A program made the translations under genes and the position numbers. Below are positions 45,481-53,998 of a stretch of DNA of 64,000 nucleotides, piece by piece. A model generated the notes under the pieces. The model worked only from the letters and a program-made list of their open reading frames with translations, made no database searches and was not told the DNA's origin. The stretch comes from TPA_inf: Saccharomyces (lineage: Eukaryota): positions 512,001 to 576,000 of the forward strand of contig BK006946.2 of assembly GCA_000146045.2 (NCBI GenBank), in the 5' to 3' direction. Numbering within the stretch: position 1 is the first letter of the stretch; every line of letters starts with the position of its first letter.

Positions 45481-46524
45481 TTAATTAGCTTCTTGCATGT
45501 GCTCTTTAGCTTCGGCGGCCTTCTCCACGTCGTATTTGAAATCAAAGTAAGATTTTTCGAAATGGTGTAGACGTATGAACCCATCTTCACCACCGGAGGC
45601 ATAACTTGTGCCCTGTGGGCTAATGGCAACTGTGTTCAAGGGACCAAAATGGCCTTGTACTCTGCCGATTTCTTCTTCGAAGATCTTGTGGTAGAACCTA
45701 GCTTCAAACTTACCTTCGTTGGCACTGGTGGTGGTGACATCCTTGGCCTCTTGACCACCACCAAGAATAATGAATTCCTTCAATGGGGTGATTACGGCGG
45801 TGTTTAGAGGACAGTCTGTTTCGTATTTCTTAAGAACTTGTAGAGTCGATACATCGACCAAGAACGAGTTAGTATCTCTGGATGATGTAATAAAGTATGT
45901 TAAATCAGGAGAAAATTGCATGTCACTGATGGACTTTTCGTGCAAATCGATGGAATCCACGTATTCGTAGTTGTTGGACACATCGTATTTGCTGATCTTA
46001 CCGTCTTTATGGCCTGCAATGATGTATTTGCCCTTAGTCGACCATCCAGCCACGGTGGCAGCGTCTAAACCTTCATGAGTGATAATTTTATGGATTGGCT
46101 CTTCGGAGACCTTTGTTAATTCGTGAGTGGCGGAATCTCTTTCAATTTCGTATATGTTAATGGAACCTGGATTTTTCATGACGTTGTCCAAGATAGCTAG
46201 AAAGTAGTTACCGCATGGGGAAAATTCAACTCTTTTAACGGGGACAGGCGATTTCCATGTAGCAACACATTGCCCGTTTGACACATCCCATAATTTGATA
46301 CTGTAATCAGCACTTCCTGTAACACAGTACTTGGTGAAACAGTCGACGTCGATAGACCAAATGGTACCGGTGTGACCATCCAAAGTACCTAATCTTTCAC
46401 CGTTCAACGAATACCAAACACTGGCCGAGCTATCTTTCGAACATGAAAATAGTAAATCACCTTCTTTGTTGTACTTCACTTGAGTTAATGGACGTTCATG
46501 ACCTGTTAATTTGATAGCCTTCAT
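45481..46524 (-). CDS. TIF34: Translation initiation factor eIF3 subunit i (WD40), 347 aa
   Basis: Seven WD repeats (SASVWYS, IKLWDVS, etc.). Starts MKAIKLTGHERPLTQVKYNKEGDLLFSCSKD. 347 aa equals YMR146C. Confidence 0.9.
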   Translation of the reverse strand: MKAIKLTGHERPLTQVKYNKEGDLLFSCSKDSSASVWYSLNGERLGTLDGHTGTIWSIDVDCFTKYCVTGSADYSIKLWDVSNGQCVATWKSPVPVKRVEFSPCGNYFLAILDNVMKNPGSINIYEIERDSATHELTKVSEEPIHKIITHEGLDAATVAGWSTKGKYIIAGHKDGKISKYDVSNNYEYVDSIDLHEKSISDMQFSPDLTYFITSSRDTNSFLVDVSTLQVLKKYETDCPLNTAVITPLKEFIILGGGQEAKDVTTTSANEGKFEARFYHKIFEEEIGRVQGHFGPLNTVAISPQGTSYASGGEDGFIRLHHFEKSYFDFKYDVEKAAEAKEHMQEAN

Positions 46525-46639
46525 ATTCCTTGTCTGTGCTATTTCTTTTTGTCTTCTCTCCTGGCCAGTTATCTAACGACCTTAAGATATACCTCGCCTC
46601 TTGTTCATCAGTAACTCTTCTGCAAATTTTTCTGTTCAG

Positions 46640-46700
46640 TTACGACTATTCGAAATTTTTCAGAGGCCGGAAAAAATTTCACAAAAAAAAAAAAATATGC
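46640..46700. promoter_or_regulatory. RRPE-like motifs (GAAATTTTTCA; GAAAAAATTTCAC) and a poly(dA)13 tract upstream of TIF34
   Basis: The motifs lie 120-170 bp upstream of the TIF34 start codon (complement 46524). Poly(dA:dT) tracts of this kind are typical nucleosome-excluding promoter elements. Confidence 0.45.
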
Positions 46701-47198
46701 GAAACTGAAGGTGGCACGCGGGGTAACTGATATATTTCATACGAACAGCGGCTATACAGAAACCCCACTATATTTACAAAGAAATATGCTCTGGAATCTA
46801 CCTACAAGTGCGTGTTAATGAGCTTGAGTCTATAACCATAGTTGTGATGAAAAAGTACTTCTTGCGCGAAAATTCAGAGGATAAGACAACACAACAGAGA
46901 CCCGCTGAATAAGGTTTCTCATCTCAATCAATTACACCGTAGTGTAGGGTTTTATCAGCTCAAGCGAGTTTTTCAACCCTTCCACAATCTTCTCTTTATT
47001 AATAAATATGTTGGAGATATCTCCTGTATGGGTAATATGTATATATGTAAAAAAAAAAAAAGAAAAACAAAAGAACCAAGATCGGGCTACGATGGATAAA
47101 AAAAAAAGAAAATCTGACTACTCACAAAACTGGTATTCATCTGTACTTTCAAGACGATTAAAATAAAAAGTGACATCTGAAAAACATCCAATACTCCG

Positions 47199-47870
47199 AT
47201 GGCAGCCAGGAATCGTAGAAAGAATAACAAGAAAAAGTCCCTTTTGGTAACGAGTGCCGCTCAAGAAAAGAATGCGACGTATGTGCTCGTTGCAGAGGAA
47301 TTACATAAAAAAACAATCGATCTAAACATGGGTACTGAAACACCTTTAACGGAAAACCACGAGAATCCTATACCAGCGAAAGAATTCAAGCACCAGCAAA
47401 AATTAGAGCCAATAGACGAACATGATGATGGCGAAGACGAATTATCGATAAAATTTAAGTCCATGACAAAAAGCTCGGGGCCTATTACTGAGGCTGAAGT
47501 TCAAAAGCTGCTCCTAAGCTATGCCTTCACAAGTGCTGCAATACAGGAGGACGAAAACGAGAAAGAATCGCGTCACTATCCTATTAAACCGCCTTCGCCA
47601 TCAGCTTCTTCTTTGTCCGCCTATTTTCAATCCTTCGTTGAAAAATGCAAACAGGTTTTCTACAACTTCAGTCTGCAAACAGTAGAAAAATTAAATGCTC
47701 TACAAAATAGCTTGTACGAAGTATTTTGGATTATTTTTATTTATTTAAACTACTGGTTCCCCAATGTGGGTGACTATGTGAGGTATGTCTGTCGTAGCTT
47801 CTCGCGCCATAACGAAATTGCCCAATTACTAACACGTATTTTTACTTACAATATCAACCACCTCCACTAA
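47199..47870 (+). CDS. LDO45: 223-aa ORF forming the N-terminal part of the lipid-droplet protein LDO45 (joined by splicing to YMR148W)
   Basis: 223-aa ORF equal to the YMR147W length. An in-ORF consensus 5' splice site AG|GTATGT lies at 47783-47788. Confidence 0.7.
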   Translation: MAARNRRKNNKKKSLLVTSAAQEKNATYVLVAEELHKKTIDLNMGTETPLTENHENPIPAKEFKHQQKLEPIDEHDDGEDELSIKFKSMTKSSGPITEAEVQKLLLSYAFTSAAIQEDENEKESRHYPIKPPSPSASSLSAYFQSFVEKCKQVFYNFSLQTVEKLNALQNSLYEVFWIIFIYLNYWFPNVGDYVRYVCRSFSRHNEIAQLLTRIFTYNINHLH

Positions 47871-48365
47871 TGAACAGGCACAGTATAGAAAAAAAATCAG
47901 ATCTGCATTTAAAAGGCTGTCTTTTCCAATGATCCTCGACCTTAGCGCGGCTAATCAATTCTACTCACTTTTTTGTTCGCTTTTTTTTTTTTGACCCGTT
48001 GAACCAAGCGGGTTAATTATTTTTTAAGGATAAAGGCTACCACAATCATGAGAGAGACACCATGTACTTGCAGGATTCTGATATTTTTTCTATGCTTGTT
48101 TGCTGACATGCAGATTCGGAGCTGGTTTTGATATTTCATAATCACCTATTTTTGAAGCAATACTTTTGGACAACAAGATAGCATTATTATTAGGATTTCC
48201 CTATCAAAGAGTCATTTCCGTGCACTTCGTGAAAAATCCAGTCAGAAAGTTCAGCAAGCAGTCAAGAATATCTACTTTTGTTTCCAAGAAAAGCCTTACC
48301 TGACAGCGTTCAAAGTCTCCTTTGCCATTGGACTTGTTATTCCGTGTTCCCTACTTTTTTTGATA

Positions 48366-48812
48366 ATGGTTTCTACCGCTACATTTTTCTTTTTTGTTTA
48401 CTTAACCCTTTTCGTAGTGATAGGTTTCTTCTCCTCATTATTCATAATACCCTTATTGGGCATTTCCTTTGTGTTTGCCATTGGCGTGGTATCATTTGGC
48501 TTCTGCAGCAACATGAGTTTCAAAATGGCCCAACTCATTTATGTCCGAGCTGACGCCTTCTTGAAAAAAGTCCTCGACAAAATGGCCCTACAAACACAGC
48601 CGGCACAACTACAGGAACCACAGGAGCCACTTTCCACATTAAGGCCAGTATCTAATCCAACTATTCCAAGCCCATTAAGACAAACGGCGCGCCCTTCTAA
48701 ATTCGTCACCGAAGAAGATGTTATTTTCGAACCTGTTAGTGCTCAAAGCGCCATTGCCCGTTCATTAGAGACTACTGCTAATAAAGCGGGTAATAAGTTC
48801 CAGCTCTCTTAA
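48366..48812 (+). CDS. OSW5: 148-aa lipid-droplet/ER membrane protein LDO16 (Osw5)
   Basis: [46 protein letters not shown]: two TM helices. 148 aa from ATG 48366; the track ORF starts at TTG 48360. The reading frame stays open upstream to 48156. Confidence 0.75.
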
Positions 48813-48995
48813 CCTCGGCAATAAAAAAACATTTTTCGCAAGTTTAGCAGGTCAATAATAATAATATCCTTATAAATTACACTCAGTTTTTTATTACATA
48901 TGGGCCTTTAGTATATACATACGCATATATCTTAGCTTTACCGATCTTCTAATATTGCGGCCTATAACGCATAGACCATAAAAGAAACGGAGCAG

Positions 48996-49856
48996 ATGCA
49001 ATTCTTCAAAACACTTGCGGCCTTGGTGTCGTGCATATCGTTCGTCCTCGCTTACGTGGCACAAGATGTTCATGTATCATTCCCCTCCACCGCAGGAAAG
49101 TCTAGGGTAATGATCGGTAAAGTTGAACCCAGAATAGGAATCGATGAAACTGTTCCGACTACAATCACAGTTGAAGACCCTAACGAGGTGATTCAAGTAA
49201 ATTTCGCCATTGAGTCTACCAACAAACCCTTCCAGAACACCTTATTGATAGGCTTACCTAATAAGAACCTAGAAATGGCTTTTGAACCCGAAATTAAGGA
49301 CAATGGCAAGTTGTCCATGTATAAATACAGGATAGATTTAGCCAAGCTGGATGCTGCTTTGTTGCAAGAGGCTTCCAGATCACCGGAACCAATAAAGGCC
49401 ACTTTGATTCTAGCGTCATCTACCGCCAAACCAAAGGAAAACTTGTTCAGGGAAATTCTGCAACTCAACCTGAACTTCGATGTAGATCACTCAGATTCAT
49501 CTTTAGTTGACAAATTCGGCATTAAGCCAGAAATCCATCATATATTTCATGCCGAGCCAAAGAGAGTTGCCAAACCAATTGCTGTGATTTTTGTTTTAAT
49601 TATCTTCATTACCATTTTATCTTTAATAGTCACCTGGTTGAATTCTTGTGCCGCCGCATTCAATAACATCCCGACCGGTGTCACTGCTGTATATTTCCTA
49701 GGATTCATCGCCACGATTGTTGGGTTTGAAGTTATCTTCGCTAGGTACTACTTGGGTACAAGTATTTTTGAAACTCTATTTTCCTCTTTGTACTTGGGCG
49801 CTCCAGGCTTACTGACATCTACCAAGTTCCTGAGATCTTTTGGTCAAACAATCTAG
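48996..49856 (+). CDS. SWP1: Oligosaccharyltransferase delta subunit (ribophorin II homologue), 286 aa
   Basis: N-terminal signal peptide (MQFFKTLAALVSCISFVLA) and three C-terminal TM helices. 286 aa equals YMR149W. Confidence 0.85.
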   Translation: MQFFKTLAALVSCISFVLAYVAQDVHVSFPSTAGKSRVMIGKVEPRIGIDETVPTTITVEDPNEVIQVNFAIESTNKPFQNTLLIGLPNKNLEMAFEPEIKDNGKLSMYKYRIDLAKLDAALLQEASRSPEPIKATLILASSTAKPKENLFREILQLNLNFDVDHSDSSLVDKFGIKPEIHHIFHAEPKRVAKPIAVIFVLIIFITILSLIVTWLNSCAAAFNNIPTGVTAVYFLGFIATIVGFEVIFARYYLGTSIFETLFSSLYLGAPGLLTSTKFLRSFGQTI

Positions 49857-49873
49857 ATTGTTCTGAAGATCAA

Positions 49874-49877
<4 letters not shown>

Positions 49878-49909
<32 letters not shown>
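49878..49909. repeat. (TA)16 dinucleotide microsatellite in the convergent SWP1/IMP1 3' intergenic region
   Basis: aatatatatatatatatatatatatatatatatatg, read directly from the sequence. Confidence 0.95.
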
Positions 49910-49912
<3 letters not shown>

Positions 49913-49955
49913 TATACACTTAACTTACGTACAAAAATATAGATTTCGAAACGAA

Positions 49956-50528
49956 TCAGTTGCTCTTAGCCTGCACATCTAGAAATGTATTATTGATCCA
50001 TTTGAAACCCCAAATATTGCGTATCGAACCGTCCCAGAAGGGCTTGTCAAAATTGTTAGCAGCTACAATCTTGCCCATGATCAGCCCCATGGGTAATGCA
50101 TTGTATGTTCTTGAATCTAATGAATGTGACAAATTATCTCCGGTTACCCAAACATGACCTTCAGGGACTTTAATATAGGTACCAAACCTCTCCTCATCAA
50201 CAAGCACATCGCCGACATAATTAACTATCGTACTGGGATCCACGAGCACGAGATCACCAGGCATACCCGTAACCCTTTTGCAAATCCTATGATTAGGGTC
50301 AGTAGGTTTCAGTGCTACTATGCAGTCACCCATTTTTATGCCTCTACCATTTTGGAAATTTTTCAAGACATGCACATAATCATTGGTCGCTGACAGTGTT
50401 GGCAACATTGATTCTCCCCTCGTCTCAGTAAATTCGTATGCATACATATGTATTATATGCAAGAAGCATAATGACCTAATTGCATAAGAAAAGGTTTTTG
50501 ACCAGATGGGAAGTGTACCAACCGTCAT
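49956..50528 (-). CDS. IMP1: Mitochondrial inner membrane peptidase subunit 1 (type I signal peptidase family), 190 aa
   Basis: Catalytic Ser box GESMLPTL. Lys box and GDN motif (VTGDNLSHSLDSR). 190 aa equals YMR150C. Confidence 0.9.
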   Translation of the reverse strand: MTVGTLPIWSKTFSYAIRSLCFLHIIHMYAYEFTETRGESMLPTLSATNDYVHVLKNFQNGRGIKMGDCIVALKPTDPNHRICKRVTGMPGDLVLVDPSTIVNYVGDVLVDEERFGTYIKVPEGHVWVTGDNLSHSLDSRTYNALPMGLIMGKIVAANNFDKPFWDGSIRNIWGFKWINNTFLDVQAKSN

Positions 50529-50943
50529 CCCTGGTATTGTACACTGTTGGATGATTCACTGTCTTATTGGTCCGTTTTTGTTTGCAATAATATACTGGAG
50601 CATTTTTATTGAAGGAATGTTTTTTCCCCAGAAATACTTAGATTGTCAGAGTGTTATAAATTTGCTGTGCGGTTCAAACCAACAGAAGAGAATATTCAAA
50701 GAAAAGCTCAGAATATATCAAGTCCATATTCAAGAGAAGATAGGTTGCAGTAAATTTAACACCCTACTCTTAATTTATCAACTGGGCTCACGACATAAGA
50801 TCAACAGACAAATAAACGACCTACTGTGTAATTTATGCAGTAAAAATTACATGATTATGCTATTATATGCAGAAATCATTATTTACTCTTCTTTTTCCTG
50901 TGTACTGTCGGCGACGATTTTCTTAAGAGGATTCCTGCTGTAA
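50506..50943 (+). CDS. YIM2: Dubious 145-aa ORF overlapping the IMP1 5' end
   Basis: ORF with no recognisable domain. It overlaps the IMP1 start by 23 nt. Corresponds to the dubious YMR151W. Confidence 0.25.
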   Translation: MGSVPTVIPGIVHCWMIHCLIGPFLFAIIYWSIFIEGMFFPQKYLDCQSVINLLCGSNQQKRIFKEKLRIYQVHIQEKIGCSKFNTLLLIYQLGSRHKINRQINDLLCNLCSKNYMIMLLYAEIIIYSSFSCVLSATIFLRGFLL

Positions 50944-51095
50944 AATCCTTTCAGTGCCCTCTAAAGTTGAGGGGGGCAAAAATACTGTCCTCCTTTTAAT
51001 ACATAAAAAAATGACTGGCCTTTATTTGAATGGAGTAAAACTAAAATATTTCGGCGTTTCTATTATCGAACAACAAAAGGTAATACTTTAAAACT

Positions 51096-52193
51096 ATGTC
51101 AGACGAGATTGTAACCAACAAATCTGTTACTTATGTTAACAATACTACTCCAGTCACAATTACATCATCGGAGCTGGACTTGAGATCATGTTATCAAGAT
51201 GACGAAGTTGTTATAGAAGTCCATGCTGCTGCTTTGAATCCAATTGATTTTATTACTCACCAGCTTTGTAACTCCTACATATTTGGCAAGTATCCAAAGA
51301 CTTATTCTAGAGATTACAGTGGTGTCATCATTAAAGCGGGAAAGGATGTCGACAATCGCTGGAAGGTTGGCGACAAAGTGAATGGTATGTACAGTCATAT
51401 TTATGGTGAACGTGGTACTTTAACACACTACTTGATACTCAACCCTGCCAAAGATGTACCCATCACACATATGGTGGAGGTTCCAAAGGACGAAAATGAC
51501 CCATATGACGACTTTGTATATGCTGCTGCCTGGCCCCTAACATTTGGTACAGCCTTTTCTACATTATACGATTTCAAGAAAGATTGGACTTCTGATTCGA
51601 AAGTTCTGGTTATTGGCGCTTCAACCTCTGTGTCATATGCTTTTGTCCATATTGCAAAAAACTACTTCAACATCGGCACTGTTGTTGGCATTTGTAGCAA
51701 GAATTCCATTGAACGCAATAAGAAATTAGGATATGACTACTTGGTTCCCTATGACGAAGGATCCATCGTTGAGAATGTTAAGAAATTAAAGCAAAGCGTG
51801 TTGGAAAACGACAAATTTGACATGATTTTTGATTCAGTGGGTAACCATGATTTCTTCCCTGTCATTGATCAATTTCTAAAACCTAAGGCGAAAAATTCCT
51901 TTTACGTTACAATTGCAGGAAATAACAAGGCCGATTATAAGAATATCAGTTGGAGAGATTTCGTATCATTGAGTTCTATTTTAAAGGCTATAAACCCATT
52001 CAAAAAATACAACTGGCGCTTTGGACACCCTTATCCCCCCAACAACTTCATTGAAGTTGGCAACGAAATGATCAAGAAGGGCACTTATAAGCCACCTATT
52101 GATTCCGTCTACGAGTTTGATCAATATAAAGAAGCTATTGACAGACTGATGTCCAACAGAGCTAAGGGTAAAGTGGTTGTTAAGATGAAATGA
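51096..52193 (+). CDS. YIM1: Medium-chain dehydrogenase/reductase (quinone oxidoreductase-like) protein, 365 aa
   Basis: MDR-fold features (EVVIEVHAAALNPIDF, VLVIGASTSVSYAFVHIAK Rossmann region). 365 aa equals YMR152W. Confidence 0.8.
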   Translation: MSDEIVTNKSVTYVNNTTPVTITSSELDLRSCYQDDEVVIEVHAAALNPIDFITHQLCNSYIFGKYPKTYSRDYSGVIIKAGKDVDNRWKVGDKVNGMYSHIYGERGTLTHYLILNPAKDVPITHMVEVPKDENDPYDDFVYAAAWPLTFGTAFSTLYDFKKDWTSDSKVLVIGASTSVSYAFVHIAKNYFNIGTVVGICSKNSIERNKKLGYDYLVPYDEGSIVENVKKLKQSVLENDKFDMIFDSVGNHDFFPVIDQFLKPKAKNSFYVTIAGNNKADYKNISWRDFVSLSSILKAINPFKKYNWRFGHPYPPNNFIEVGNEMIKKGTYKPPIDSVYEFDQYKEAIDRLMSNRAKGKVVVKMK

Positions 52194-52434
52194 GGGCAAT
52201 ATTTTCCACATAAACTTGTTAGTATATTTAGTTAAACTCTATAATTATAATTGTTATTAGTTTTTGTATTATTTGATGGGCATTACCCGACCGACTTGTC
52301 ATGAAGTGAAAGAAAAGCTCATCACAATATTTTTAAACAGAATTTAAGATGCATTAGCTGGCAAACTACGTTTCAAATATACAGCTCAGCTAGCCCAAAT
52401 TCTCTCTGCACTCTCAATAACATAGCTTTTTAAA

Positions 52435-53862
52435 ATGGCAGACCTTCAAAAACAAGAGAATAGTAGCAGGTTCACCAATGTTTCTGTTATCGCGCCCGAA
52501 TCACAGGGACAACATGAACAACAAAAACAGCAGGAGCAGCTGGAGCAGCAAAAGCAGCCAACGGGACTGTTAAAAGGTTTAAACGGGTTTCCGAGTGCAC
52601 CACAACCGCTGTTCATGGAAGATCCGCCTTCTACTGTCTCGGGAGAACTGAATGATAATCCAGCGTGGTTCAATAATCCAAGGAAAAGAGCCATTCCAAA
52701 TTCAATAATAAAGAGATCAAATGGCCAATCTTTAAGCCCCGTACGTTCTGATAGTGCAGATGTACCTGCGTTTTCCAATTCCAATGGATTCAACAATGTC
52801 ACTTTTGGCTCTAAAAAAGATCCACGCATCCTTAAAAACGTATCTCCAAATGATAATAACAGTGCCAACAACAATGCTCATAGTTCAGATTTAGGTACGG
52901 TAGTTTTTGATTCTAATGAGGCACCGCCCAAGACCTCCTTGGCAGATTGGCAAAAAGAAGATGGTATATTTTCAAGTAAGACTGACAATATTGAAGATCC
53001 TAATTTGTCTTCCAACATAACCTTTGATGGAAAGCCTACAGCCACACCTTCGCCTTTCCGTCCACTAGAAAAGACCTCCAGAATACTTAATTTCTTCGAC
53101 AAAAACACGAAAACAACGCCGAATACTGCGTCAAGTGAAGCTAGTGCAGGGAGTAAGGAAGGGGCCTCGACGAATTGGGATGATCATGCCATTATTATCT
53201 TTGGATATCCAGAAACGATTGCGAATTCTATTATACTCCATTTTGCTAATTTCGGTGAAATTTTAGAGGATTTTAGAGTGATAAAAGATTTTAAAAAGTT
53301 GAATTCGAAAAACATGTCAAAAAGTCCGTCATTGACTGCTCAAAAATATCCCATATATACAGGAGATGGATGGGTCAAGTTGACTTACAAATCCGAACTT
53401 TCCAAATCTCGTGCTTTACAAGAAAATGGGATTATAATGAATGGAACATTAATTGGCTGTGTTTCGTATAGTCCGGCTGCTCTCAAACAATTAGCTTCCT
53501 TGAAGAAATCGGAGGAAATTATAAACAATAAAACAAGTTCACAAACTAGTTTAAGCTCAAAAGACCTCAGCAATTATAGAAAAACAGAAGGAATTTTTGA
53601 GAAAGCTAAGGCAAAAGCAGTTACTTCAAAAGTGCGCAATGCAGAATTCAAGGTTTCCAAGAATTCTACTTCCTTCAAAAATCCACGCAGGCTTGAAATA
53701 AAGGATGGTCGTTCATTATTTTTGAGAAACAGAGGGAAGATCCACAGTGGTGTCCTGAGCTCGATCGAGTCTGACTTGAAGAAAAGGGAACAAGCGAGCA
53801 AGAGTAAGAAAAGTTGGTTAAATAGATTGAATAATTGGTTATTTGGATGGAATGATTTGTAA
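52435..53862 (+). CDS. NUP53: FG-nucleoporin Nup53 (Nup35 family, RRM-like domain), 475 aa
   Basis: Nup35-type RRM (DHAIIIFGYPETIANSIILHFANFGEIL), S/N-rich FG-poor N-terminal region, C-terminal amphipathic segment. 475 aa equals YMR153W. Confidence 0.85.
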   Translation: MADLQKQENSSRFTNVSVIAPESQGQHEQQKQQEQLEQQKQPTGLLKGLNGFPSAPQPLFMEDPPSTVSGELNDNPAWFNNPRKRAIPNSIIKRSNGQSLSPVRSDSADVPAFSNSNGFNNVTFGSKKDPRILKNVSPNDNNSANNNAHSSDLGTVVFDSNEAPPKTSLADWQKEDGIFSSKTDNIEDPNLSSNITFDGKPTATPSPFRPLEKTSRILNFFDKNTKTTPNTASSEASAGSKEGASTNWDDHAIIIFGYPETIANSIILHFANFGEILEDFRVIKDFKKLNSKNMSKSPSLTAQKYPIYTGDGWVKLTYKSELSKSRALQENGIIMNGTLIGCVSYSPAALKQLASLKKSEEIINNKTSSQTSLSSKDLSNYRKTEGIFEKAKAKAVTSKVRNAEFKVSKNSTSFKNPRRLEIKDGRSLFLRNRGKIHSGVLSSIESDLKKREQASKSKKSWLNRLNNWLFGWNDL

Positions 53863-53996
53863 TGAAAAACCTTACCCCCAAATGTAGTGCTTTGGTGCGA
53901 TTCCAGCATCCTGTGATGTTCACCTACTTCAAGGTTATATAATTTTGTGTGTAGAATTGTAAAAAGGATGGATAGACAGTTCTTGAGATAAAGCAC
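53574..53996 (-). CDS. Dubious 140-aa ORF antisense to the NUP53 3' end
   Basis: It overlaps the NUP53 coding strand and has no domains. Corresponds to the dubious YMR153C-A. Confidence 0.15.
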   Translation of the reverse strand: MLYLKNCLSILFTILHTKLYNLEVGEHHRMLESHQSTTFGGKVFHYKSFHPNNQLFNLFNQLFLLLLACSLFFKSDSIELRTPLWIFPLFLKNNERPSFISSLRGFLKEVEFLETLNSALRTFEVTAFALAFSKIPSVFL

Positions 53997-53998
53997 AG

